Shown piece by piece: positions 47,618-56,497 of a stretch of DNA of 64,000 bases (position 1 is the stretch's first letter; the number at the start of each line of letters is the position of its first letter). This stretch comes from Planctomycetota bacterium (GTDB taxonomy: Bacteria; Planctomycetota; B15-G4; JADJEK01), in contig JBGAIQ010000012.1 in NCBI GenBank assembly GCA_044225365.1, positions 1 to 64,000 of the forward strand, read 5' to 3'. The notes beneath the pieces are model-generated. The model searched no databases. It saw only the letters and a list, made by a program, of their open reading frames with translations, and was not told where the DNA came from. Position numbers and translations under genes: made by a program.

Positions 47618-49975
47618 ATGATCGGAATCTCCTTCTCCACTCTCGTCCTCATCTCCTTCATTTCGCCCGCGCCGGTTCTTCCGGCGGCTTCCGGGACGGC
47701 TCCCTCGGCGCTCGAGCGCGCGGGAGGGAATCGCTCCGAGATCGAGAAGGCTCTGACGACGGCGCCCGACGAACAGAAGTCGGCGATGAAGTGGCTCGTC
47801 GATCACATGCCCGAGGAGGATCTGCGGAAGCTCCCCGCGAGTTTCCTGCTCGGCAATTGTGACGAGGCATATCGAGCGTGGAAGGCCGCGCCGTGGCAGG
47901 AATGCGTCCCCGAGGACGTGTTCCTCGACGCGATCCTGCCCTACGCGAGCATCGACGAACGGCGCGACGATTGGCGCCATGACTTCCACGAGCGATTCAT
48001 GCCGTTCGTGATGGATGCGAAGACCGTCGCGCAAGCGACGACGATCCTCAATCGCGAGGTGTTCAAGACGACGGGCGTTCATTACTCGACGAAGCGACCG
48101 AAGGCCGATCAGAGCCCGTACGAGACGATCGAAGCGAAGCTCGCGTCCTGCACCGGACTCTCCGTCCTGCTGATCGATGCGTGTCGCGCGTGCGGGATTC
48201 CCGCGCGATTCGCGGGCACGCCGCTCTGGTCCGACGACAGCGGCAATCACTCGTGGGTCGAGGTCTGGGACGGCGCCTGGCATTTCACGGGCGCGGCGGA
48301 GCCGCCCGGTGATGGCGCGCTCGACAGCGCGTGGTTCGCGGGGCGTGCGGCGACGGCGACGACCGATGATCCGCGGCACGCGATCTACGCGGTCACCTGG
48401 CGCGAGTCGCCGATCTCGTTCCCCATGGTCTGGAAGCCGTGGGACAAGAGCGTCCGCGCGATCGACGTGACCGACCGCTACACGACCGCGGCGAAGAAGC
48501 CGGAACCCGGAATGGCGCGCGTTCGCTTCCGCGTCGTGGACAAGGCGGGTCGGGTCGCGACGAAGGTCACGGTGCAGGATGCGCAGCAGCTAAGCGGCAA
48601 GCCACTGTTCGAAGGCCTCTCGAAGGACGAGCGGTTCGACGCCAATGACCATCTGACGGCGATCCTGCCGATCGGTACGAAGGTGAGGATCGTCGTCGGC
48701 GGCAAGGAGTCCGACCAAACGATCGAGCGCGACGAGCAGCTCTTCGACTTCTCCCTCGACGATTCCAAGGAAGCGGCGGCCGTCGCTCCACCCTCGCCCG
48801 CGGTGAAGAGCACCGCGATCGCGAGCACCGCCGCGAGCGCGCTCGCCGCGTACCTCGAGAAGAACGGCACGGCGCAGCTCGGCGATCAGGACTTCGCGAA
48901 GGCGCAGATTCGCAAGTCCGAGGTCGACGGCATCCTCGACATCCTGTGGAAGCACCACGTCGCGACGATTCGCAAGGAGCGCGCGAAGGAAGTCGAGTCG
49001 CGCCTCATCGAGATCACCGGGCACAAGATGCCGTTCTGGTATCGCACGTTCGGGGAGAAACCGAAGAACGGACGCAGTCTCTACATCTCGATGCACGGCG
49101 GCGGCGGGGCGCCGAAGGAAGTGAACGATCAGCAGTGGGAGAATCAGAAGAAGTTGTACGCGCCCGACGAAGGGATCTACCTCGCACCGCGCGCGCCGAC
49201 CGATACCTGGAATTTATGGCACGAAGCCCATATCGACGCTTGCTTCGACCGCCTCATCGAGGATCTCATCGTCTTCGAGGACGTCGATCCCGATCGCGTG
49301 TACATCATGGGCTACAGCGCGGGCGGTGACGGCGTCTACCAACTCGCACCGCGAATTGCCGACCGACTCGCCGCCGCGGCGATGATGGCGGGCCACCCGA
49401 ACGAGACGCGGCCCGACGGACTGCGCAACATCGGCTTTGCCCTGCACATGGGCGCGAACGACTCCGCCTACGATCGCAACAAGATCGCCGCGCAGTGGAT
49501 CGAGAAGCTCGATGAACTGAGCAAGAGCGATCCCGGCGGTTACGTTCACGTCGGCGAACTCCATGCCGGCAAGGGCCATTGGATGGATCGCGAGGACAAA
49601 GTCGCCGTGCCGTGGATGGCGAAGTTCACGCGCGATCCTCGGCCGCTGAAAGTGGTGTGGCTGCAAGACGACGTCACGCATCGCCGCTTCTACTGGCTCG
49701 GAATGGATGATCCCAAGGGCGGCGAACGCGTCGTTGCGAAGCGCGGAGGTCAGACCTTCGAGATCCTCGAAGCCACCGGCGTGAGTACGTTGAGGATCTA
49801 TCTCGACGACATCATGGTCGACCTCGACGACGACGTGATCGTGACGTGGGGCGGCAAAGAAGTGTTCCGCGGCAAGGCCACCCGCAACATCGCGGAGATG
49901 TCCCGCACTCTCGACGAGCGAGGCGATCCGCACGGCGTCTACAGCGCCGAGATCACCGTGCACGCGCCCGATTGA
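47618..49975 (+). CDS. secreted transglutaminase-like domain + alpha/beta-hydrolase fusion
   Basis: ASCTGLS (Cys), NHSWVEVW (His) transglutaminase core; HGGG, GYSAGG, GHWM hydrolase motifs. Confidence 0.85.
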   Translation: MIGISFSTLVLISFISPAPVLPAASGTAPSALERAGGNRSEIEKALTTAPDEQKSAMKWLVDHMPEEDLRKLPASFLLGNCDEAYRAWKAAPWQECVPEDVFLDAILPYASIDERRDDWRHDFHERFMPFVMDAKTVAQATTILNREVFKTTGVHYSTKRPKADQSPYETIEAKLASCTGLSVLLIDACRACGIPARFAGTPLWSDDSGNHSWVEVWDGAWHFTGAAEPPGDGALDSAWFAGRAATATTDDPRHAIYAVTWRESPISFPMVWKPWDKSVRAIDVTDRYTTAAKKPEPGMARVRFRVVDKAGRVATKVTVQDAQQLSGKPLFEGLSKDERFDANDHLTAILPIGTKVRIVVGGKESDQTIERDEQLFDFSLDDSKEAAAVAPPSPAVKSTAIASTAASALAAYLEKNGTAQLGDQDFAKAQIRKSEVDGILDILWKHHVATIRKERAKEVESRLIEITGHKMPFWYRTFGEKPKNGRSLYISMHGGGGAPKEVNDQQWENQKKLYAPDEGIYLAPRAPTDTWNLWHEAHIDACFDRLIEDLIVFEDVDPDRVYIMGYSAGGDGVYQLAPRIADRLAAAAMMAGHPNETRPDGLRNIGFALHMGANDSAYDRNKIAAQWIEKLDELSKSDPGGYVHVGELHAGKGHWMDREDKVAVPWMAKFTRDPRPLKVVWLQDDVTHRRFYWLGMDDPKGGERVVAKRGGQTFEILEATGVSTLRIYLDDIMVDLDDDVIVTWGGKEVFRGKATRNIAEMSRTLDERGDPHGVYSAEITVHAPD

Positions 49976-49984
49976 GAAATCGCT

Positions 49985-50767
49985 CTACTTCCGGAGTCGA
50001 TGGGTATTGACAGCGGAGATCGCCGCCGCGGCGAGCGCGTTGTTCGAATTGCGCTCCGCGACGGCAGCCGCTTGCAGTCCGAGCGCCGCGAGTGCCACCT
50101 CGACCGTGCGACCCATCGCCGCGATCGAGGTGCGACGCAGGCACGCCTTCGCGCGTTCGGGGCCGATCTGCTCGACGATCGCGGTGACGGCGGAACCCGC
50201 AGCGAACGTCACGGCGTCGATCTCTCCCGCGAGGAGCGATTTCTCGAACGCCTCGATCGCGGTGAGCGGTGCGGCGACGTTCGAATAGACGACGACCTCG
50301 TCGACGGTCGCTCCGGCTTCGCGTAGCGCCACGGGGAGCACCGCGTCCGCGCGGTCGCCGCGCGCGACGAGCACTCGCACACCTCGCACTTGCCTCTCGA
50401 GTTCGCTCGCGAGCGTACGGCCATCCGTGGCGACGACCGCGGCGCTGAAGCCTCGTGCTTTCAGAGCTTCCGCCGTCTTCTTCCCGACCGCCGCGAACCG
50501 CACTCGCGAGAGTCCTCCGCGATCGATCGGATCGGCGAGGAGCGTGTCGACGCCGTTGACGCTCGTAACGACGACGTAGTGAAAACTCGCAATGCCACGG
50601 CGCGCGGCGGCGAACGCAGCGAGGTCGGGAGCAGGGCCGATCACCGACGTCGGGTGTAGAACGACACGTGCACCGAGCGCCTCGATCGCGCTCTTCAGCT
50701 CCGCGGCGGAGTGGGCGGGGCGCGTCACGGCGACGATGGGTGCGTTCGAACTCATGGTGGGCGTCAT
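49985..50767 (-). CDS. hemD: uroporphyrinogen-III synthase
   Basis: VAVTRP, VVTSVNGV, AAVGKKTA, VVVYSN, AAMGRT. Confidence 0.85.
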   Translation of the reverse strand: MTPTMSSNAPIVAVTRPAHSAAELKSAIEALGARVVLHPTSVIGPAPDLAAFAAARRGIASFHYVVVTSVNGVDTLLADPIDRGGLSRVRFAAVGKKTAEALKARGFSAAVVATDGRTLASELERQVRGVRVLVARGDRADAVLPVALREAGATVDEVVVYSNVAAPLTAIEAFEKSLLAGEIDAVTFAAGSAVTAIVEQIGPERAKACLRRTSIAAMGRTVEVALAALGLQAAAVAERNSNNALAAAAISAVNTHRLRK

Positions 50768-50960
50768 TCTCTCTGCTTCGCGGGACGTCTGGAGATTCGC
50801 GGTTCCGCGAATCATGCACGCTGGATGTGATGTTACTCCGGGCTGCTCGAATTCGTGCGAAGGATCACGGAGCCGGCGGAGCCCGTACTGTCCCGTCGCG
50901 TCATTCTGGAGTACGCTGTTCGTGGAAGACCGCCGAGAAGTCAACTCTGGAGATTCATCG

Positions 50961-52760
50961 ATGCAGTTTCTGGTTCTGGCGACGTCGCTCTGCGCCCTGG
51001 GGACGGTGAGTACGGGGACTGCGGGCGGACTCTCGATCGTCGCGCCAGGCGGTCAAGGCGGAGTGGGCGCATATCCCGTAGCGACGCCCACGACGAATTG
51101 TGTGCCGCAGGAACTCGAGGACAAGATCCACGCGGCCCTCGTGCGGTGGCAAGCGGCGCATCCCGGCACGCCGGAGAAGCAGCTCGCGGGATCGCCGCTC
51201 CTCGCCTCGACGTCGCTCGGGGCCGTCGCTTCCGAGGACGGGATCAACGGCAATTTCGTCGACCTCGATCCGACGTTCGGGTTCACGGACTTCTCCTGCC
51301 ACGATTTCACCTACGACGGTCACGCTGGCCACGACATCGGATTGCGCAGCTGGGCCGAGATGCAGATCGGCGTGCCGGTGTTCGCGGTGCGCGACGGCGT
51401 CATCGCGTTCGCGCAGGACGGCTTCCCGGACATGAACAATCAGCCCGGGGCGGACGACGGCAACTACGTGATCGTCGATCACGGTGGCGGCCAATTCGGT
51501 TGGTACTTCCATCTCAAGAAGAACAGCGTCGCGTTCGGCATCGGCCAGAGCGTGAAGCAGGGCGATCAGATCGGTCTCGCCGCATCGTCGGGATACAGCT
51601 ACGGGCCGCACTTGCATTTCCAGATCGAGCAGAACAATGCGGTCGTCGAGCCCATGGCGGGGCCGTGCGGGAACAAGACGAGCCTCTTCGCGCATCAAGA
51701 GCCTCTCGTGCTCGAACCACGTGCGATCGACTTCGGCGCGACGACGACCGATCTCTTCCAGTTCGGCCAACCCCTGCCGCTCGAACAGCCGAAGCAGGGA
51801 CAGATCCCACTGAACGCGGGATTCGTCTACTATTGGATGCAGCTCATGAACGTGCCGGCGAACGCGCAGGTCCACGTGCAGTTCCAGCGGCCGAATGGAA
51901 CGATCGCATTCGATACGACGTTTGGATTCGGTAACCCAACGCTCCTGCGCTACTGGCCGGGCTTCCTTTACTGGTGGGTCGCGGACATGCAGACGACGGT
52001 CGGCACCTGGCACTACCTCGTCGATTTCAACGGCACGAACGTCATCAACGCGCCGATCGACGTGGTCACGACCGTCAATCCCAACGCCAATCACGTCCCC
52101 GAGGCGGTGACGCCGACCTTCGATCCGCCGACGCCCTCGCCGAACATGGCGCTGTTCTGCTCGGTCAACGGCTCGCCGATCGTCGACGACCGCGACTGGG
52201 ACGTCGTTCGTTATCATTACGTTTGGAAGGTGAACGGATCGACCGTGCGCGACGTCGTTACAGCGGGGCGTCGCGATGCGCTCGCTCGGAACAAGTTCAG
52301 CGCGGGCCAGACCGTGTCCTGCACCGTCACGCCGAACGACGGCAAGATCGACGGTCCCGTCGCGACGGCGAGCGCGATCGCGGCCGCGGATCCGTGGACT
52401 TCGATCGGCGGCGGCAAGTACGGCACCAACGGTGTTCCCTATCTTTCGGGCACCGGCTCGCTCGCGCCGCTCTCGTCGGGCACATTGTCGCTCGCGCAGG
52501 CCAAGACCAACTCGCTCGCGCTGCTCTTCCTCGGCGTCGCGGCCGGCAACATCCCGTTCCTCGGCGGAACGCTCGTGCCCTTCCCGATCCTCACCTCGAT
52601 TTCGCTCAACACCGGTCCGACGGGCGGATTCACGCTGCCCTTCACGTGGCCCTCCGGCGTGCCGAGCGGAACGGTCGTCACCCTGCAGATGTGGATCCAG
52701 GATCCGTCGGCATGGCTCGGCGCTGCGTCGAGCAACGGTGTGAAGATCGTCGCGCCATGA
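50961..52760 (+). CDS. secreted M23 family metallopeptidase with the recurring C-terminal domain
   Basis: YDGHAGHD (HxxxD), GNYVIVDHG, YFHL, GPHLHF; GGAG RBS. Confidence 0.88.
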   Translation: MQFLVLATSLCALGTVSTGTAGGLSIVAPGGQGGVGAYPVATPTTNCVPQELEDKIHAALVRWQAAHPGTPEKQLAGSPLLASTSLGAVASEDGINGNFVDLDPTFGFTDFSCHDFTYDGHAGHDIGLRSWAEMQIGVPVFAVRDGVIAFAQDGFPDMNNQPGADDGNYVIVDHGGGQFGWYFHLKKNSVAFGIGQSVKQGDQIGLAASSGYSYGPHLHFQIEQNNAVVEPMAGPCGNKTSLFAHQEPLVLEPRAIDFGATTTDLFQFGQPLPLEQPKQGQIPLNAGFVYYWMQLMNVPANAQVHVQFQRPNGTIAFDTTFGFGNPTLLRYWPGFLYWWVADMQTTVGTWHYLVDFNGTNVINAPIDVVTTVNPNANHVPEAVTPTFDPPTPSPNMALFCSVNGSPIVDDRDWDVVRYHYVWKVNGSTVRDVVTAGRRDALARNKFSAGQTVSCTVTPNDGKIDGPVATASAIAAADPWTSIGGGKYGTNGVPYLSGTGSLAPLSSGTLSLAQAKTNSLALLFLGVAAGNIPFLGGTLVPFPILTSISLNTGPTGGFTLPFTWPSGVPSGTVVTLQMWIQDPSAWLGAASSNGVKIVAP

Positions 52761-53896
52761 TTGCCTTTTCGCTCGCGCTGCTCGGTCTCGGCATCGTCCT
52801 CGACGAAACGCCTTCCTCCCGCTTCGTCGTCGAGACGATCGCGGCGGATTCGGATTTCGAAGCGAGCGGCGTCGGCGACATCGACAAGGACGGGGATCTC
52901 GACATCGTGTGCGGCGATCGCTGGTACGCGGCGCCCGATTGGAAGCCGCACGGCATCGCCAAGATCGAGAAGCGCGATGGCTATCGCCTCGACTTCTCGA
53001 ACGTGCTGATGGACATCGACGGCGACGGCTACCTCGACATCGTGTCGTGCAATTGGCACGAGGCGTCCGTCCTGTGGCGACAGAACCCGGGAAAGGACGT
53101 GAGCACGAGCGACACGTGGGCGACTCACGTCATCGACAAACCCGGCAACATGGAGACCGCGATCGCGGTGGATGTCGATGGGGATGGCAAGCTCGACTTC
53201 TTGCCCGACGTCGCGCAGAAGACCGTGTGGTACCGCGTCGAGAACGGCACGCTCGTCCCGCACGAGATCTCCGCGACGGTCGGCGGGCACGGCATCGGCT
53301 TCGGCGACGTGAACGGTGATGGTCGGAGCGATGTGCTGAAGCCGACGGGATGGTTCGAAGCGCCCACCGATCGCATTCATGGCGAGTGGAAGCTCCACGC
53401 GGAATGGAGCCTTGGCGCCGTCGGGATCGGCATCCTCGTGAACGACTTCAACGGCGATGGCCTGTCCGACGTGTTCACTGCACTGGGCCACGATTACGGC
53501 ACGTTCTGGCTCGAGCAATCGAAGTCCGAACCGAAGTGGATTCGCCACGACATCGACAAGGACTGGTCGCAGGGCCACGCGCTGCGGCTCGTCGATCTCG
53601 ACGGCGATCGTCAAATGGAAGTTCTCACGGGCAAGCGGAAGTACGCGCACGAAACCGATCCGGGTGCCGAGGACGATCTCGTCGTCTTCTCGTACGCCTT
53701 CGACCGCTCGAAGAGCACGTTTCGACGTGACACGATCGTTCGCGGCAAGTCGGTTGGACTCGGCCTCGAGCCGACGATCGTCGATATCGATCGCGACGGC
53801 GATCTCGACATCGTCGCACCGGGGAAGAGTGGGCTGTACTGTTTGATCGCCAAGTCGCAGGATTCGACGAAACCGGCCAAGGTAGGGGGATCATGA
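52757..53896 (+). CDS. FG-GAP/VCBS repeat protein
   Basis: DIDKDGDLD, DIDGDGYLD, DVNGDGRSD repeats; ATGA overlaps at both ends. Confidence 0.9.
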   Translation: MIAFSLALLGLGIVLDETPSSRFVVETIAADSDFEASGVGDIDKDGDLDIVCGDRWYAAPDWKPHGIAKIEKRDGYRLDFSNVLMDIDGDGYLDIVSCNWHEASVLWRQNPGKDVSTSDTWATHVIDKPGNMETAIAVDVDGDGKLDFLPDVAQKTVWYRVENGTLVPHEISATVGGHGIGFGDVNGDGRSDVLKPTGWFEAPTDRIHGEWKLHAEWSLGAVGIGILVNDFNGDGLSDVFTALGHDYGTFWLEQSKSEPKWIRHDIDKDWSQGHALRLVDLDGDRQMEVLTGKRKYAHETDPGAEDDLVVFSYAFDRSKSTFRRDTIVRGKSVGLGLEPTIVDIDRDGDLDIVAPGKSGLYCLIAKSQDSTKPAKVGGS

Positions 53897-56445
53897 ACTC
53901 GACGACTTCGATTGGAACACGTGTCCGCATTTCGGCGAGCCTTCTCGCGGGCGCATACGCTGTCTGCGCGGATGCGACGAGTGGTGAGTCGATCTATCCG
54001 GTAGACCACTATTCTGGAGCGGGGCTCGCGGTGGGGACCGCGGACTTGGACAACGACGGCGATCCCGATCTCGTCGGAGTCGGTGGTTCGGGGCTGACAT
54101 CGCTCAGGAACGATGGAAACAGCCACTTCACGCCCGTCTTCGCGTTGACCGATCAGTACTACGGCTCGATCGAGATCGCCCGGCTCGACGCCGATCCCTA
54201 TCCCGACGCGTTGATCCACACGTTCAACGAGATCATCGGGATTCGCGGCGACGGCGCGGGTGGCTTCCTTCCCGGAATCGTTCTGCTGGTGGGGACCGAC
54301 ACCGGAAATCCGAAGGCGGGCGACTTCAACGAAGACGGCAAGCAAGATTTCGTCGTGGGAACGATGACGGCGGGTTCAGGCCTTCGCGTCTTCTTCGGCA
54401 CGCCCGTCGGACCGGTCAATCCACCGGTCACCATTGCGGGTGGCGGCGGTGGCGCCGTGCATACCGAAGTCCGCGATTTCAATGGCGATGGCCATCTCGA
54501 TGTCATCGATGTCGGCCATTCGCTGAACCTCTGGCTCGGCGACGGCGCCGGACACTTCACGCTCACCTCGAACGTCCCGCTCGGTCTCGCGTCGCACGTT
54601 GCGGTCGCCGACCTCGATCAGGATGGCAAACTCGACGTGCTCCTCGACGCGCTACTCCTCGGGAACGCGGTGCAGTTCTTCAAGGGCAACGGGCTCGGTG
54701 GGTTCTTTCCGCCTCTCAGCACGTCGTTGCCGAACACGGCGACGTATCGTCCGGCGGACATCGACAATGACGGCAAGATCGACCTGGTAGCGGCCGACTC
54801 CGCATTCGTGAACGGCGTGCGCATTCATCGCTCGACGGGCCCCATGCAGTTCGCGACCGCAGTCGACATCCCGCTCGCGAAGTTCGTCGCCAGCGCATTT
54901 CCCACCGACGTGGATCTCGACGGAAGCGTGGATCTCGTCCTTGGGCTCGGTGTCGGTATCGCGGTTTCCCGCGGACGTGGAAACGGGGATTTCGATCACG
55001 ACGAGATCCTCGCCAAGCCATCGGTACTCCAGCTCGCAACCGGCGACGTGAACGACGACGGATACGACGATCTCGTCGCGACTCGCGTCGGAAGTCTGCT
55101 CGGCGTCAGCCTCGGCCAGGCGAACGGTTCGTTCGCGTCGTTCGTCGATCTCCCCGACGGAATCAACGTCGCCCTTTCGCTCGAACTCGGCGACCTCGAT
55201 CTCGACGGCGATCTCGACGCGGCGACTTCGTCCGGTTTCGGGCTGCATTCATTGCTCGGCGACGGCACCGGATCCTTCTCGCCGGGCGTGAGTCAGCTCG
55301 CCGGTACGATGGGTCTGAACGGATTTGGTCTCGCGGATCTCGATGCGGATGGTCGGCTCGATGTGGGGTTCTCCACGACCGACACCGCGGGTCATGCGAC
55401 GCTGTCTTCGGTCCAATACTCGAAGGGTCAGGCCGGTGCGTCCTTCTCGTTCCCGACGACCTTGTACACGAGCTCGCAACCGGGGACGAGTCTGCTGGTC
55501 GACGATCTGAATGGCGACGGCGCGGCCGATCTCGTATTCGCGCTGTCGACCGGACCCCTTCAATACCTTGCCTCCAATGGTACCGGCGGATTCCAGTCGG
55601 CGCAGTCGCTCGCGTTTCCCGGAGTGACCTTTCGTTCGATCACCGGCGGCGATTTGAATGCAGATGGTGTTCGCGACTTCGCGGGCTTCGACTCCGTGGG
55701 AGATGGCGTCCGAGTGTGTCTCGGCAACGGGACCGGCTTCGTTGCGGGTCCGGTGACGCCGTCGAGCTGGAATCCATCGGAGACGCTGTCGCTGCGCAGC
55801 GGCGATGCGGATGGCGACGGCCGTCTCGACGTCCTGTTGCTCGGTGATTTCGCGGGTTCGACCTCCAATGGCGTCGAGATCCTCCGCGGGAACGGAGCGG
55901 GCGCACTGCAGCCGCTGGATCGGTTCGATGCCGCGCTCAAGACTCACGCTGCGATCCTGCGTCCGTTCGACGCCGATCACGACGGCCGACTCGACGTTGC
56001 CTTCGCATCCTCGGCGTCGAACGGCGTGGAGATCCTGCGCGGCGCGCTTCCGGATTACTTCTCGTACTCCGGCGCCGGCTGCATCGGCAGCGGCGGATTC
56101 ACTCCGCGCTTGCGCCTCGATGGGGTCGCGACGCCCGGCGGCTCCGCGACGCTGTCGCTCGAGAACGCGAAGGGCGGGGCGACCGCGCTCCTCTTCAGCG
56201 GCGTGACGCCGGGCAACGTGCCGCTCCCCGGCGGTTGTCCGTTGCTCGTCTTCCCGCTGCTGCCGATCGTGTTCAACCTGCCGCTGTCGGGAACGCAACC
56301 CGGCGAGGGCAGCTTCCATCTCGGCGGACCGCTTCCTGGTTCCCTCGGTTCCGGATCGGTCTTCTATCTACAGGCGATCGTGATCGATCCGGGCGCGCCG
56401 TTCGGCTTCGCCGCGACGAATCGCGCGCAGATCAGCGTTCATTGA
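53893..56445 (+). CDS. large FG-GAP/VCBS repeat protein with the recurring C-terminal domain
   Basis: More than ten DxDxDG repeats; signal peptide; C-terminus QAIVIDPGAPFGFAATN. Confidence 0.92.
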   Translation: MNSTTSIGTRVRISASLLAGAYAVCADATSGESIYPVDHYSGAGLAVGTADLDNDGDPDLVGVGGSGLTSLRNDGNSHFTPVFALTDQYYGSIEIARLDADPYPDALIHTFNEIIGIRGDGAGGFLPGIVLLVGTDTGNPKAGDFNEDGKQDFVVGTMTAGSGLRVFFGTPVGPVNPPVTIAGGGGGAVHTEVRDFNGDGHLDVIDVGHSLNLWLGDGAGHFTLTSNVPLGLASHVAVADLDQDGKLDVLLDALLLGNAVQFFKGNGLGGFFPPLSTSLPNTATYRPADIDNDGKIDLVAADSAFVNGVRIHRSTGPMQFATAVDIPLAKFVASAFPTDVDLDGSVDLVLGLGVGIAVSRGRGNGDFDHDEILAKPSVLQLATGDVNDDGYDDLVATRVGSLLGVSLGQANGSFASFVDLPDGINVALSLELGDLDLDGDLDAATSSGFGLHSLLGDGTGSFSPGVSQLAGTMGLNGFGLADLDADGRLDVGFSTTDTAGHATLSSVQYSKGQAGASFSFPTTLYTSSQPGTSLLVDDLNGDGAADLVFALSTGPLQYLASNGTGGFQSAQSLAFPGVTFRSITGGDLNADGVRDFAGFDSVGDGVRVCLGNGTGFVAGPVTPSSWNPSETLSLRSGDADGDGRLDVLLLGDFAGSTSNGVEILRGNGAGALQPLDRFDAALKTHAAILRPFDADHDGRLDVAFASSASNGVEILRGALPDYFSYSGAGCIGSGGFTPRLRLDGVATPGGSATLSLENAKGGATALLFSGVTPGNVPLPGGCPLLVFPLLPIVFNLPLSGTQPGEGSFHLGGPLPGSLGSGSVFYLQAIVIDPGAPFGFAATNRAQISVH

Positions 56446-56497
56446 GCGGTTGGAGCGGCGCGCGTCTTGGACTCGCGCCCAAAGATGGTTCTCGCCC

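Noticed and set aside
51974-52756. N-terminal extension of the FG-GAP ORF
   Set aside because: It overlaps the M23 gene; a signal peptide begins at the ATG at 52757.
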